Shown here one piece after another: positions 1 through 14,900 of a stretch of DNA of 64,000 bases. The position numbers were made by a program, and so were the translations under genes. Positions within the stretch are counted from its first letter, which is position 1. The number at the start of each line of letters is the position of its first letter. The notes beneath the pieces are model-generated. The model saw nothing but the letters and a program-made list of their open reading frames with translations, was not told the origin of the DNA and made no database searches. Origin of the DNA: the human T2T-CHM13v2.0 reference genome, Homo sapiens. The DNA is taken from assembly GCF_009914755.1 (NCBI RefSeq), contig NC_060946.1; one strand, written 5' to 3'.

Positions 1-3000
1 AATGGAATGGAATGGATTGGAATGGAATGGAATGGAATCAACCTGAGCGGAAAGGAATGGAATGGAATGGAGTGGAATGGAATGTAATGGAATGGAATGG
101 AATGGAATGGAATTGAATCAACACGAATGGAATGGAATGGAATGGAATGGGATGGGATGGAATGGAATGGAATGGAAGTTAATCAACACGAATGGAATGG
201 AACGGAATGGAAAGGAATGGAACGGAATGGAATGCAATGGAATGGAATGGAATGGAATTGAATGGAATGAAATGGAATGGAACGGAATGGAATCAACATG
301 AGTGGAATGGAATAGAACGGAATGGAATCAACCCGAGTGGAATGAAATGGAATGTAATGCAATGGGATGGAGTGGAATCAACACGAGTGGAATGGAATGG
401 AATGGAATGGAATGGAATGGAATGGAATGGAATGAAATGGAATGGATCGGAATGGAATCCAATGGAATCAACAGGAATGGAATGGAATGGAATGGAATAA
501 ATCCGGGTGGAGTGGAATGGAATGTAATGGAGTGGAATGGAATGCAATTTAGTGGTGTGGAATGGAATGGAATGGAATGGGATGGGATGGGATGGAATGG
601 AATGGAATGGAAATTAATCAACACGAATGGAACGGAATGGAATGGAATGGAATGGAATGGAATGGAATGGAATCAACACGAATGACATGGCATGGAATGG
701 AATGGAATGGAATGGAATGGAATGGAATGGAATCAACCCGAATGGAATGGAACGGAATGGAATGGGATGGGATGGAATGGAATGGAATGCAAGTTAATCA
801 ACACGAATGGAATGGAACGGAATGGAATGGAATGAAAAGGAAAGGAACATAATGGCATCAACACGACTGGAATGGAATGGAACGGAATGGAATCAACCCG
901 AGTGGAATGAAATGGAATGTAATGCAATGGGATAGAGTGGAATCAACCCGAGTGGAATGGAATGGAATGGAATGGAATGGAATGGAATGGAATGGAATGG
1001 AATGGATCGGAATGGAATCCAATGGAATCAACTGGAATGGAAAGGAATGGAATGGAATGGAATGTAATGGAATGCAATTGAATGGAATGGAATAGAATAA
1101 ATAAGGGTGGAGTGGAACGGAATGTAATGGAGTGGAATGTAATGGAATTTAGTGGAATGGAATGGAATGGAATGGAATGGAATGAAATCTATTGGATCGG
1201 AATGGAATCCAATGGAATCAACTGGAATGGAATGGAATGGAATGGAATGGAACGGAATAAATCCGGTTGGAGTGGAATGGAATGTAATAGAGTGGAATGG
1301 AATGGAATTTAAAGGAATGGAATGGAATGGAATGGAATGGAATGGAATGGAATGGAATCAACCCGAATGGAATGGAACGGAATGGAATGGAATGGAATGG
1401 GATGGAATGGCATGGCATAGAATGGAATGGAATGGAATGGAATGCAATGGAATGGAATGGAATGGAATGGAATGGAATGGAATGGAATCAACCCAAATGC
1501 AATGGAATGGAATGGAATGCAATGGAATCCACCCGAGTGGAATGGAATGGAATGAAATGGAATGGAATGGAATGGAGTGGAATGGAACGCAATGGAGTGG
1601 AATGGAATAAACACCAGGGGAATGAAATGGATTGGAATGCAATGGAATGGAATGGAATGGAATGGAATGGAATGGAATCAACCCGAGTGTAATGGAGCGG
1701 AATGGAATGGAATGGAAAGGAATGAATGGAATGGAATGGTGTGGAATCAACACGAGAGGAATGGAATGGAATGGAATGGAACGGAACGGAATGGAAAGGA
1801 GTGGAATGGAATGAACCCGAATGGAATGGAATGGATTGGAATGGAATGGAATGGAATCAACCTGAGAGGAAAGGAATGGAATAGAATGGAGTGGAATGGA
1901 ATGTAACGGAATGGAATGGAATGGAATGGAATCAACACGAATGGAATGGAACGGAATGGAATGGGATGGGATGGAATGGAAGAGAATGGATGTTAATCAA
2001 CACGAATGGAATGGAATGGAATGGAATGGAATGGAATGGATCGGAATGGAATCCAATGGAATCAACTGGAATGGAATGGAATGGAATGGAATGGAATGGA
2101 ATGGAGTGGAATGCAATGGAATGGAATGGAATGGAATGGAATGGAATGGAATGGAATGGAATGGAGTGGAATGCAATGGAATGGAATGGAATGGAATAAA
2201 TCCGGGTGGAGTGGAATGTAATGTAATGGAGTGGAATGTAATGGAATTTAGTGGAATGGAATGGAATGGAATGGAATGGAATGGAATGAAATCTATTGGA
2301 TCAGAATGGAATCCAATGGAATCAACTGGAATGGAATGGAATGGAATGGAACGGAATGGAATGAAAAGGAAAGGAACAAAATGGAATCAACACGAGTGGA
2401 ATGGAATGGAACGGAATGGAATTAACCTGAGTGGAATGAAATGGAATGTAATGCAATGGGATGGAGTGGAATCAACCCCAGTGGAATGGAATGGAATGGA
2501 ATGGAATGGAATGGAATGAAAAGGAATGGATCGGAATGGAATCCAATGGAATCAACTGGAATGAAATGGAATGGAATGGAAAGGAATGGAATGGAATGGA
2601 ATAAATCCGGGTGGAGTGGAATGGAATGTAATGGAGTGGAATGTAATGGAATTTAGTGGAATGGAATGGAATGGAATGAAATGGATTGGATCAGAAAGGA
2701 ATCCAATAGAATCAACTGGAATGCAATGCAATGGAATGAAATGGAATAAATCCGGGTGGAGTGGAATGGAATGTAAAGGAGTGGAATGTAATGGAATTTA
2801 GTGGAATGGAATGGAATGGAATGAAATCTATTGGATCAGAATGGAATCAAATGGAATCAACTGGAATGGAATGGAATGGAATGGAATGAAAAGGAAAGGA
2901 ACAAAATGGAATCAACACGAGTGGAATGGAATGGAACGGAATGAAATTAACCCGAGTGGAATGTAATGGAATGTAATGCACTGGGATGGAGTGGAATCAA

Positions 3001-4109
3001 CCCCAGTGGAATGGAATGGAATGGAATGGAATGGAATGGAATGGAATGGAACGGAATGGAATGGAATGGAATGAAATGGAATGGATCGGAATGGAATCCA
3101 ATGGAATCAACTGGAATGAAATGGAATGGAATGGAAAGGAACGGAATGGAATGGAATAAATCCGGGTGGAGTGGAATGGAATGTACTGGAGTGGAATGTA
3201 ATGGAATTTAGTGGAATAGAATGGAATGGAATGGAATGAAATGGATTGGATTGGAAAGGAATCCAATGGAATCAAATGGAATGCAATAGAATGGAATGGA
3301 ATGGAATGGAATGGAATGGAATCCAACCGAATGGAATGGAACGGAATGGAATGGAAAGGAATGGAATGGAATGGAATGGAATGGAATGGAATGGAATGGA
3401 ATGGAATCAACCCAAGTGCAATGGAATGGAATGGAATGGAATGGAATGGAATGGAATGGAATGGAATGGAGTGGAATGGAACGGAATGAAGTGGAATGGA
3501 ATAAACACCAGGGGAATGAAATGGATTGGAATGAAATGGAATGGAATGGAATGGAATGAAATGAAATCAACCCGAGTGGAATGGAACGGAATGGAATGGA
3601 ATGGAAAGGATTGAATGGAATGGAATGGTGTGGAGTCAAAAAGACAGGAATGGAATGGAATGGAACGGAACGGAATGGAAAGGAATGGAATGGAATGAAC
3701 CCGAATGGAATTGAATGGATTGGAATGGAATGGAATGGAAACAACCCGAGCTTAAAGGAATGGAATTGAATGGAGTGGAATGTAATGTAATGTAATGGAA
3801 TGGAATGGAATGGAATCAACACGAATGGAATGGAACGGAATGGAATGGGATGGGATGGAATGGAATGGAATGAAATGGATTGGATCGGAATGGAATCCAA
3901 TGGAATCAACTGGAATGGAATGGAAATGAATGGAATGGAATAAATCCGGGTGGAGTGGAATGGAATGTAATGGAGTGGAATGGAATGGAATTTAATGGAA
4001 TGGAATGGAATGGAATGGAATGGAATGGAATGGAATGGAATGGAAAGGAATCAACCCGAAAGGAATGGAACGGAATGGAATGGAATGGAATGGAATGGAA
4101 TGGAATGGA

Positions 4110-7100
4110 ATGGAATCAACCCAAGTGCAATGGAATGGAATGGAATGCAATGGAATCCACCCGAGTTGAATGCAACAGAATGGAATGGAATGGAATGGAA
4201 TGGAATGGAATAGAGTGGAATGGAACAGAATGGAGTGGAATGGAATAAACACCAGGGGAATGAAATGGGTTGGAATGAAATGGAATGGAAGGGAATGGAA
4301 TGCAATGGAATGAAATCAACCCGAGTGGAATGGAACGGAATGGAATGGAATGGAAAGGAATGAATGGAATGGAATGGTGTGGAATGAACACGAGAGGAAT
4401 GGAATGGAATGGAATGGAATGAACCCGAATGGAATGGAATGGATTGGAATGGAATGGAATGGAATCAACATGAGCGGAAAGGAATGGAATGGAATGGAGT
4501 GGAATGGAATGTAATGTAAAGGAATGGAATGGAATGGAATGGAATCAACAAGAATGGAATGGAAAGGAATGGAATGTAATGTAATGGAATGGAATGGAAT
4601 GGAATGGAATCAACACGAATGGAATGGAATGGAATGGAATGGGATGGGATGGAATGGAATGGAAGTTAATCAACACGAATGGAATGGAACGGAATGGAAA
4701 GGAATGGAATGTAATGGAATGGAATGGAATGGAATGGAATGGAATTGAATGGAATGAAATGGAAGGGAACGGAATGGAATCAAAATGAGTGGAATGGAAT
4801 GGAACGGAATGGACTCAACCCTAGTGGAATGAAATGGAATGTAATGCAATGGGATGGAGTGGAATCAACACAAGTGGAATGGAATGGAATGGAATGGAAT
4901 GGAATGGAATGGAATGAAATGGAATGGATCGGAATGGAATCCAATGGAATCAACTGGAATGGAATGGAATGGAATGGAATAAATCCGGGTGGAGTGGAAT
5001 GGAATGTAATGGAGTGGAATGGAATGGAATTTAGTGGTGTGGAATGTAATGGAATAGAATGGGATGGGATGGGATGGAATGGAATGGAATGGAACTTAAT
5101 CAACACGAATGGAACGGAATGGAATGGAATGGAATGGAATGGAAAGGAATGGAATCAACACGAATGACATGGCATAGAATGGAATGGAATGGAATGGAAT
5201 GGAATGGAATGGAATGGAATCAACCCGAAAGGAATGGAACGGAATGGAATGGGATGGGATGGAATGGAATGGAATGCAAGTTAATCAACACGAATGTAAT
5301 GGAACAGAATGGAATGGAATGAAAAGGAAAGGAACATAATGGCATCAACACGAGTGGAATGGAATGGAACGGAATGGAATCAACCCGAGTGGAATGAAAT
5401 GGAATGTAATGCAATGGGATGGAGTGGAATCAACCCGAGTGGAATGAAATGGAATGAATTGGAATGGAAAGGAATGGAATGGAATGGAATGGATCGGAAT
5501 GGAATCCAATGGAATCAACTGGAATGGAATGGAATGGAATGGAATGGAATGGAATGGAATGGAACGGAATAAATCCGGTTGGAGTGGAATGGAATGTAAT
5601 AGAGTGGAATGGAATGGAATTTAGAGGAATGGAATGGAATGGAATTTAGAGGAATGGAATGGAATGGAATGAAAAGGAAAGGAACAAAATGGAATCAACA
5701 CGAGTGGAATGGAATGGAACGGAATGGAATTAACCCGAGTGGAATGAAATGGAATGAAATGCAATGGGATGGAGTGGAATCAACCCCAGTGGAATGGAAT
5801 GGAATGGAACGGAATGGAATGGAATGGAACGGAATGGAATGGAATGGAATGAAATGGAATGGATTGGAATGCAATCCAATGGAATCAACTGGAATGAAAT
5901 GGAATGGAATGGAAAGGAATGGAATGGAATGGAATAAATCCGGGTGGAGTGGAATGGAATGTAATGGAGTGGAATGCAATGGAATTTACTGGAATGGAAT
6001 GGAATGGAATGGAATGGAATGAAATGGATTGGATCGGAAAGGAATCCAATGGAATCAACTGGAATGCAATAGAATGGAATGGAATGGAATGGAATGGAAT
6101 GCAATAAATCCCGGTGGAGTGGAATGGAATGTAATGAAGTGGAATGGAATGGAATTTAGTACAATGGAATGGAATGGAATGGAATGGAATGGAATCAACC
6201 CGAATTTAATGGAATGGAATGGAATGGAAAGGAATGGAATGGAATGGAATGGAATGGAATGGAATGGAATGGAATGGAATCAACCCGAATGGGATGGCAT
6301 GGAATGGAATTGAATGGAATGGAATGGAATGGAATGGAATGGAGTGGAATCAACCCAAGTGCAATGGAATAGAATGGAATGCAATGGAATCCACCCGAGT
6401 GGAATGGAATGGAATGGAATGGAATGGAAAGGAATGCAATGGAATGGAATGGAATCGAAAGGAATAGAATGGAGTGGAATGGAACAGAATGGAGTGGAAT
6501 GCAATAAACACCAGGGGAATGAAATGGATTGGAATGAAATGGAATGGAATGGAATGGAATGGAATGGAATGGAATGAAATCAACCCGAGTTGAATAGAAC
6601 GGAATGGAATGGAATGGAAAGGAATGAATGGAATGGAATGGTTTGGAATCAACACGAGAGGAATGGAATGGAATGGAATGGAATGAACCCGAATGGAATG
6701 GAATGGATTGGAATGGAATGGAATGGAATCAACCTGAGCGGAAAGGAATGGAATGGAATGGAGTGGAATGGAATGTAACGGAATGGAATGGAATGGAATG
6801 GAATCAACATGAATGGAATGGAACGGAATGGAATGGGATGGGATGGAATGGAATGGAATGGAAGTTAGTCAACACGAATGGAATGGAATGGAATGGAATG
6901 GAATGGAATCAACACGAATGGAATGGAATGGAATGGAATGGGATGGGATGGAATGGAATGGAAGTTAATCAACACGAATGGAATGGAACGGAATGGAAAG
7001 GAATGGAATGGAATGGAATGGAATGGAATGGAATGGAATGGAATGGAATTGAATGGAATGGAATGAAATGGAAAGGAACGAAATGGAATCAACATGAGTG

Positions 7101-10100
7101 GAATGGAATGGAACGGAATGGAATCAACCCTAGTGGAATGAAATGGAATGTAATGCAATGGGATGGAGTGGAATCAACCTGAGTCGAATGGAATGGAATG
7201 GAATGGAATGGAATGGAATGGAATGAAATGGAATGGATCGGAATGGAATCCAATGGAATCAACTGGAATGGAATGGAATGGAATGGAATAAATCTGGGTG
7301 GAGTGGAATGGAATGTAATGGAGTGGAATGGAATGGAATTTAGTGGTGTGGAATGGAATGGAATGGAATGGGATGGGATGGGATGGAATGGAATGGAATG
7401 GAATTTAATCAACACGAATGGAACGGAATGCAATGGAATGGAATGGAATGGATTGGAATGGAATGGAATGGAATGGAATGGAATGGAATGGAATCAACAC
7501 GAATGACATGGCATAGAATGGAATGGAATGGAATGGAATGGAATGGAATCAACCCGAATGGAATGGAACGGAATGGAATGGGATGGGATGGAATGGAATG
7601 GAATGCAAGTTAATCAACACGAAAGGAATGGAACGGAATGGAATGGAATGAAAAGGAAAGGAACATAATGGCATCAACACGAGTGGAATGGAATGGAACG
7701 GAATGGAATCAACCCGAGTGAAATGAAATGGAATGTAATGCAATGGGATGGAGTGGAATCAACCCGAGTGGAATGGAATGGAATGGAATGGAATGGAATG
7801 GAATGGAATAGATCGGAATGGAATCCAATGGAATCAACTGGAATGGAATGGAATGGAATGGAATGGAATGGAATGGAATGGAATGCAATGGAATGGAATG
7901 GAATGGAATAAATCAGGGTGGAGTGGAATGGAATGGAATGGAATGGAATGGAATTTAGTGGAATGGAATGGAATGGAATGAAATCTATTGGATCGGAATG
8001 GAATCCAATGGAATCAACTGGAATGGAATGGAATGGAATGGAATGGAATGGAATGGAACGGAATAAATCCGGTTGGAGTGGAATGGAATGTAATAGAGTG
8101 GAATGGAATGGAATTTAGAGGAATGGAATGGAATGGAATGGAATGGAATTGAATGGAATGGAATCAACCCGAATGGAATGGAACGGAATGGAATGGAATG
8201 GAATGGGATGGAATGGAATGGAATGGAATGGAATGGAATCAACACGAATGGCATGGCATAGAATGGAATGGAATGGAATGGAATGCAATGGAATGGAATG
8301 GAATGGAATGGAATGGAATCAACCCAAGTGCAATGGAATGGAATGGAATGCAATGGAATCCACCCGAGTGGAATGCAACAGAATGGAATGGAATGGAATG
8401 GAATGGAATGGAATGGAATAGAGTGGAATGGAACAGAATGGAGTGGAATGGAATAAACACCAGGGGAATGAAATGGGTTGGAATGAAATGGAATGGAAGG
8501 GAATGGAATGGAATGGAATGAAATCAACCCGAGTGGAATGGAACGGAATGGAATGGAATGGAAAGGAATGAATGGAATGGAATGGTGTGGAATGAACACG
8601 AGAGGAATGGAATGGAATGGAATGGAATGAACCCGAATGGAATGGAATGGATTGGAATGGAATGGAATAGAATCAACATGAGCGGAAAGGAATGGAATGG
8701 AATGGAGTGGAATGGAATGTAATGTAAAGGAATGGAATGGAATGGAATGGAATCAACAAGAATGGAATGGAAAGGAATGGAATGTAATGTAATGGAATGG
8801 AATGGAATGGAATGGAATCAACACGAATGGAATGGAATGGAATGGAATGGGATGGGATGGAATGGAATGGAAGTTAATCAACACGAATGGAATGGAACGG
8901 AATGGAAAGGAATGGAATGGAATGGAATGGAATGGAATGGAATGGAATGGAATTGAATGGAATGAAATGGAAGGGAACGGAATGGAATCAAAATGAGTGG
9001 AATGGAATGGAACGGAATGGACTCAACCCTAGTGGAATGAAATGGAATGTAATGCAATGGGATGGAGTGGAATCAACACAAGTGGAACGGAATGGAATGG
9101 AATGGAATGGAATGGAATGGAATGAAATGGAATGGATCGGAATGGAATCCAATGGAATCAACTGGAATGGAATGGAATGGAATGGAATAAATCCGGGTGG
9201 AGTGGAATGGAATGTAATGGAGTGGAATGGAATGGAATTTAGTGGTGTGGAATGTAATGGAATGGAATGGGATGGGATGGGATGGAATGGAATGGAATGG
9301 AACTTAATCAACACGAATGGCACGGAATGGAATGGAATGGAATGGAATGGAAAGGAATGGAATCAACACGAATGACATGGCATAGAATGGAATGGAATGG
9401 AATGGAATGGAATGGAATGGAATCAACCCGAAAGGAATGGAACGGAATGGAATGGGATGGGATGGAATGGAATGGAATGCAAGTTAATCAACACGAATGT
9501 AATGGAACAGAATGGAATGGAATGAAAAGGAAAGGAACATAATGGCATCAACACGAGTGGAATGGAATGGAACGGAATGGAATCAACCCGAGTGGAATGA
9601 AATGGAATGTAATGCAATGGGATGGAGTGGAATCAACCCGAGTGGAATGAAATGGAATGAATTGGAATGGAATGGAATGGAATGGAATGGAATGGATCGG
9701 AATGGAATACAATGGAATCAACTGGAATGGAATGGAATGGAATGGAATGGAATGGAATGGAACGGAATAAATCCGGTTGGAGTGGAATGGAATGTAATAG
9801 AGTGGAATGGAATGGAATTTAGAGGAATGGAATGGAATGGAATTTAGAGGAATGGAATGGAATGGAATGAAAAGGAAAGGAACAAAATGGAATCAACACG
9901 AGTGGAATGGAATGGAACGGAATGGAATTAACCCGAGTGGAATGAAATGGAATGTAATGCAATGGGATGGAGTGGAATCAACCCCAGTGGAATGGAATGG
10001 AATGGAACGGAATGGAATGGAATGGAACGGAATGGAATGGAATGGAATGAAATGGAATGGATCGGAATGCAATCCAATGGAATCAACTGGAATGAAATGG

Positions 10101-11900
10101 AATGGAATGGAAAGGAATGGAATGGAATGGAATAAATCCGGGTGGAGTGGAATGGAATGTAATGGAGTGGAATGCAATGGAATTTACTGGAATGGAATGG
10201 AATGGAATGGAATGGAATGGAATGAAATGGATTGGATCGGAAAGGAATCCAATGGAATCAACTGGAATGCAATAGAATGGAATGGAATGGAATGGAATGG
10301 AATGCAATAAATCCCGGTGGAGTGGAATGGAATGTAATGAAGTGGAATGGAATGGAATTTAGTACAATGGAATGGAATGGAATGGAATGGAATGGAATGG
10401 AATCAACCCGAATTTAATGGAATGGAATGGAATGGAAAGGAATGGAATGGAATGGAATGGAATGGAATGGAATGGAATCAACCCGAATGGGATGGCATGG
10501 AATGGAATTGAATGTAATGGAATGGAATGGAATGGAATGGAGTGGAATCAACCCAAGTGTAATGGAATAGAATGGAATGCAATGGAATCCACCCGAGTGG
10601 AATGGAATGGAATGGAATGCAATGGAGAAATGGAATCAACATGAGTGGAATGGAATGGAACGGAATGGAATCAACCCTAGTGGAATGAAATGGAATGTAA
10701 TGCAATGGGATGGAGTGGAATCAACATGAGTCGAATGGAATGGAATGGAATGGAATGGAATGGAATGGAATGGAATGAAATGGAATGGATCGGAATGGAA
10801 TCCAATGGAATCAACTGGAATGGAATGGAATGGAATGGAATAAATCCGGGTGGAGTGGAATGTAATGTAATGGAGTGGAATGGAATGGAATTTAGTGGTG
10901 TGGAATGGAATGGAATGGAATGGGATGGGATGGGATGGAATGGAATGGAATGGAACTTAATCAACACGAATGGAACGGAATGCAATGGAATGGAATGGAA
11001 TGGATTGGAATGGAATGGAATGGAATGGAATGGAATGGAATGGAATCAACACGAATGACATGGCATAGAATGGAATGGAATGGAATGGAATGGAATGGAA
11101 TGGAATCAACCCGAATGGAATGGAACGGAATGGAATGGGATGGGATGGAATGGAATGGAATGCAAGTTAATCAACACGAAAGGAATGGAACGGAATGGAA
11201 TGGAATGAAAAGGAAAGGAACATAATGGCATCAACACGAGTGGAATGGAATGGAACGGAATGGAATCAACCCGAGTGAAATGAAATGGAATGTAATGCAA
11301 TGGGATGGAGTGGAATCAACCCGAGTGGAATGGAATGGAATGGAATAGAATGGAATGGAATGGAATAGATCGGAATGGAATCCAATGGAATCAACTGGAA
11401 TGGAATGGAATGGAATGGAATGGAATGGAATGGAATCCAATGGAATGGAATGGAATGGAATAAATCAGGGTGGAGTGGAATGGAATGGAATGTAATGGAA
11501 TGGAATTTAGTGGAATGGAATGGAATGGAATGAAATCTATTGGATCGGAATGGAATCCAATGGAATCAACTGGAATGGAATGGAATGGAATGGAACGGAA
11601 TAAATCCGGTTGGAGTGGAATGGAATGTAATAGAGTGGAATGGAATGGAATTTAGAGGAATGGAATGGAATGGAATGGAATGGAATGGAATCAACCCGAA
11701 TGGAATGGAACGGAATGGAATGGAATGGAATGGGATGGAATGGAATGGAATGGAATGGAATGGAATCAACACGAATGGCATGGCATAGAATGGAATGGAA
11801 TGGAATGGAATGCAATGGAATGGAATGGAATGGAATGGAATGGAATGGAATCAACCCAAGTGCAATGGAATGGAATGGAATGCAATGGAATCCACCCGAG
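4110..11900 (+). repeat. Tandem duplication, ~4.2 kb unit (copy 1 ~4110-8320; copy 2 ~8320-11900 with a ~636-bp deletion)
   Basis: Shared rare variants at offset 4208: GACTCAACCCTAG (4812/9020) and AATCAACAAGAATGG (~4543/~8751). The ORF track gives near-identical peptides at 4524 and 8732. After the deletion the offset is ~3550: AATCAGGGTG (7911/11463) and GAATAGATCGG (~7806/~11363). Confidence 0.85.
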
Positions 11901-14900
11901 TGGAATGGAATGGAATGAAATGGAATGGAATGGAATGGAGTGGAATGGAACGCAATGGAGTGGAATGGAATAAACACCAGGGGAATGAAATGGATTGGAA
12001 TGCAATGGAATGGAAGGGAATGGAATGGAATGAAATCAACCCGAGTTGAATAGAACGGAATGGAATGGAATGGAAAGGAATGAATGGAATGGAATGGTTC
12101 GGAATCAACACGAGAGGAATGGAATGGAACGGAACGGAATGGAAAGGAATGGAATGGAATGAACCCGAATGGAATGGAATGGATTGGAATGGAATGGAAT
12201 GGAATCAACCTGAGTGGAAAGGAATGGAATGGAATGGAGTGGAATGGAACGTAACGGAATGGAATGGAATGGAATGGAATCAACATGAATGGAATGGAAC
12301 GGAATGGAATGGGATGGGATGGAATGGAATGGAATGCAAGTTAGTCAACACGAATGGAATGGAATGGAATGGAATGGAATGGAATGAAAAGGAAAGGAAC
12401 AGAATGGAATCAACACGAGTGGAATGGAATGGAACGGAATGGAATCAACCCGAGTGGAATGAAATGGAATGTAATGCAATGGGATGGAGTGGAATCAACC
12501 CGAGTGGAATGGAATGGAATGGAATGGAATGGAATGGAATGGAATGGAATGGAATGGAATGAAATGGAATGGATCGGAATGGAATCCAATGGAATTAACT
12601 GGAATGGAATGGAATGGAATGGAATGGAATGGAATCAACCCGAATGGAATGGAACGGAATGGAATGGGATGGGATGGAATCTAATGGAATGCAAGTTAAT
12701 CAACACGAATGGAATGGAACGGAATGGAATGGAATGAAAAGCTAAGGAACATAAAGGCATCAACACGAGTGGAATGGAATGGAACGGAATGGAATCAACC
12801 CGAGTGGAATGAAATGGAATGTAATGCCAATGGGATGGAGTGGAATCAACCCGAGTGGAATGGAATGGAATGGAATGGAATGGAATGGAATGGATCGGAA
12901 TGGAATCCAATGGAATAAACTGGAATGGAATGGAATGGAATGGAATGGAATGCAATGGAATGGAATGGAATGGAATAAATCCGGGTGGAGTGGAATGGAA
13001 TGTAATGGAGTGGAATGTAATGGAATTTAGTGGAATGGAATGGAATGGACTGAAATCTATTGGATCGGAATGGAATCCAATGGAATCAACTGGAATGGAA
13101 TGGAATGGAATGGAATGGAACGGAATAAATCCAGTTGGAGTGGAATGGAATGCAATAGAGTGGAATAGAATGGAATGGAATGGAATGGAATGGAATGGAA
13201 TCAACCCGAATGGAATGGAACGGAATGGAATGGAATGGAATGGGATGGAATGGAATGGAATGGAATGGAATGGAATCAACACGAATGGCATGGCATAGAA
13301 TGGAATGGAATGGAATGGAATGCAATGGAATGGAATGGAATGGAATGGAATTGAATCAACCCAAGTGCAATGGAATGGAATGGAATGCAATGGAATCCAC
13401 CCGAGTGGAATGGAATGGAATGAAATGGAATGGAATGGAATGGAGTGGAATGGAACGGAATGGAGTGGAACGGAATAAACACCAGGGGAATGAAATGGAC
13501 TGGAATCAAATGGAATGGAATGGAATGGAGTGGAATGCAATGAAATCAACCCGAGTGTAATGGAGCGTAATGGAATGGAATGGAAAGGAATGAATGGAAT
13601 GGAATGGTGGGGAATCAACACGAGGGGAATGGAATGGAATGGAATGGAACGGAACGGAATGGAAAGGAGTGGAATGGAATGAACCCGAATGGAATGGAAT
13701 GGATTGGAATGGAATGGAATGGAATCAACCTGAGCGGAAAGGAATGGAATGGAATGGAGTGGAATGGAATGTAACGGAATGGAATGGAATGGAATGGAAT
13801 CAACACGAATGGAATGGAACGGAATGGAATGGGATGGGATGGAATGGAAGAGAATGGATGTTAATCAACACGAATGGAACGGAATGGAATGGAATGGAAT
13901 GGAATGGAATGGATCGGAATGGAATCCAATGGAATCAACTGGAATGGAATGGAATGGAATGGAATGGAATGGAATGCAATGGAATGGAATGGAATGGAAT
14001 AAATCCGGGTGGAGTGGAATGGAATGTAATGGAATGGAATGCAATGGAATTTAGTGGAATGGAATGGAATGGAATGGAATGGAATGGAATGAAATCTATT
14101 GGATCAGAATGGAATCCAATGGAATCAACTGGAATGGAATGGAATGGAATGGAATGGAATGGAATGAAAAGGAAAGGAACAAAATGGAATCAACACGAGT
14201 GGAATGGAATGGAACGGAATGGAATTAACCCGAGTGGAATGAAATGGAATGTAATGCAATGGGATGGAGTGGAATCAACCCCAGTGGAATGGAATGGAAT
14301 TGAATGGAATGGAATGGAATGGAATGGAATGGAATGGAATGGAACGGAATGGAATGGAATGGAATGGAATGGAATGGATCGGAATGGAATCCAATGGAAT
14401 CAACTGGAATGAAATGGAATGGAATGGAAAGGAATGGAATGGAATGGAATAAATCCGGGTGGAGTGGAATGGAATGTAATGGAGTGGAATGTAATGGAAT
14501 TTAGTGGAATGGAATGGAATCGAATGGAATGAAATGAAATGGAATGGAATGGAAAAAATCCGGGTGGAGTGGAATGGAATGTAATGGAGTGGAATGGAAT
14601 GGAATGGAATGGAATGAAATGGATTGGATCGGAAAGGAATCCAATGGAATCAAATGGAATGCAATAGAATGGAATGGAATGGAAAGGAACGAATGGAGTG
14701 GAATGGTGTGGAATCAACACGAGAGGAATGGAATGGAATGGAATGGAACAGAACGGAATGGAAAGGAGTGGAATGGAATGAACCCGAATGGAATGGAATG
14801 GATTGGAATTTAATGGAATGGAATCAACCTGAGCGGAAAGGAATGGAATGGAATGGAGTGGAATGGAATGTAACGGAATGGAATGGAATGGAATGGAATC

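Noticed and set aside
579-595. G-quadruplex motif GGGATGGGATGGGATGG
   Set aside because: At most three G3 tracts plus GG, so it does not meet the four-tract canonical pattern.
835-848. GGAA microsatellite (EWS-FLI1-type element) at GAAAAGGAAAGGAAC
   Set aside because: These are in-phase GGAAA pentamer variants, not tandem (GGAA)n tetramers.
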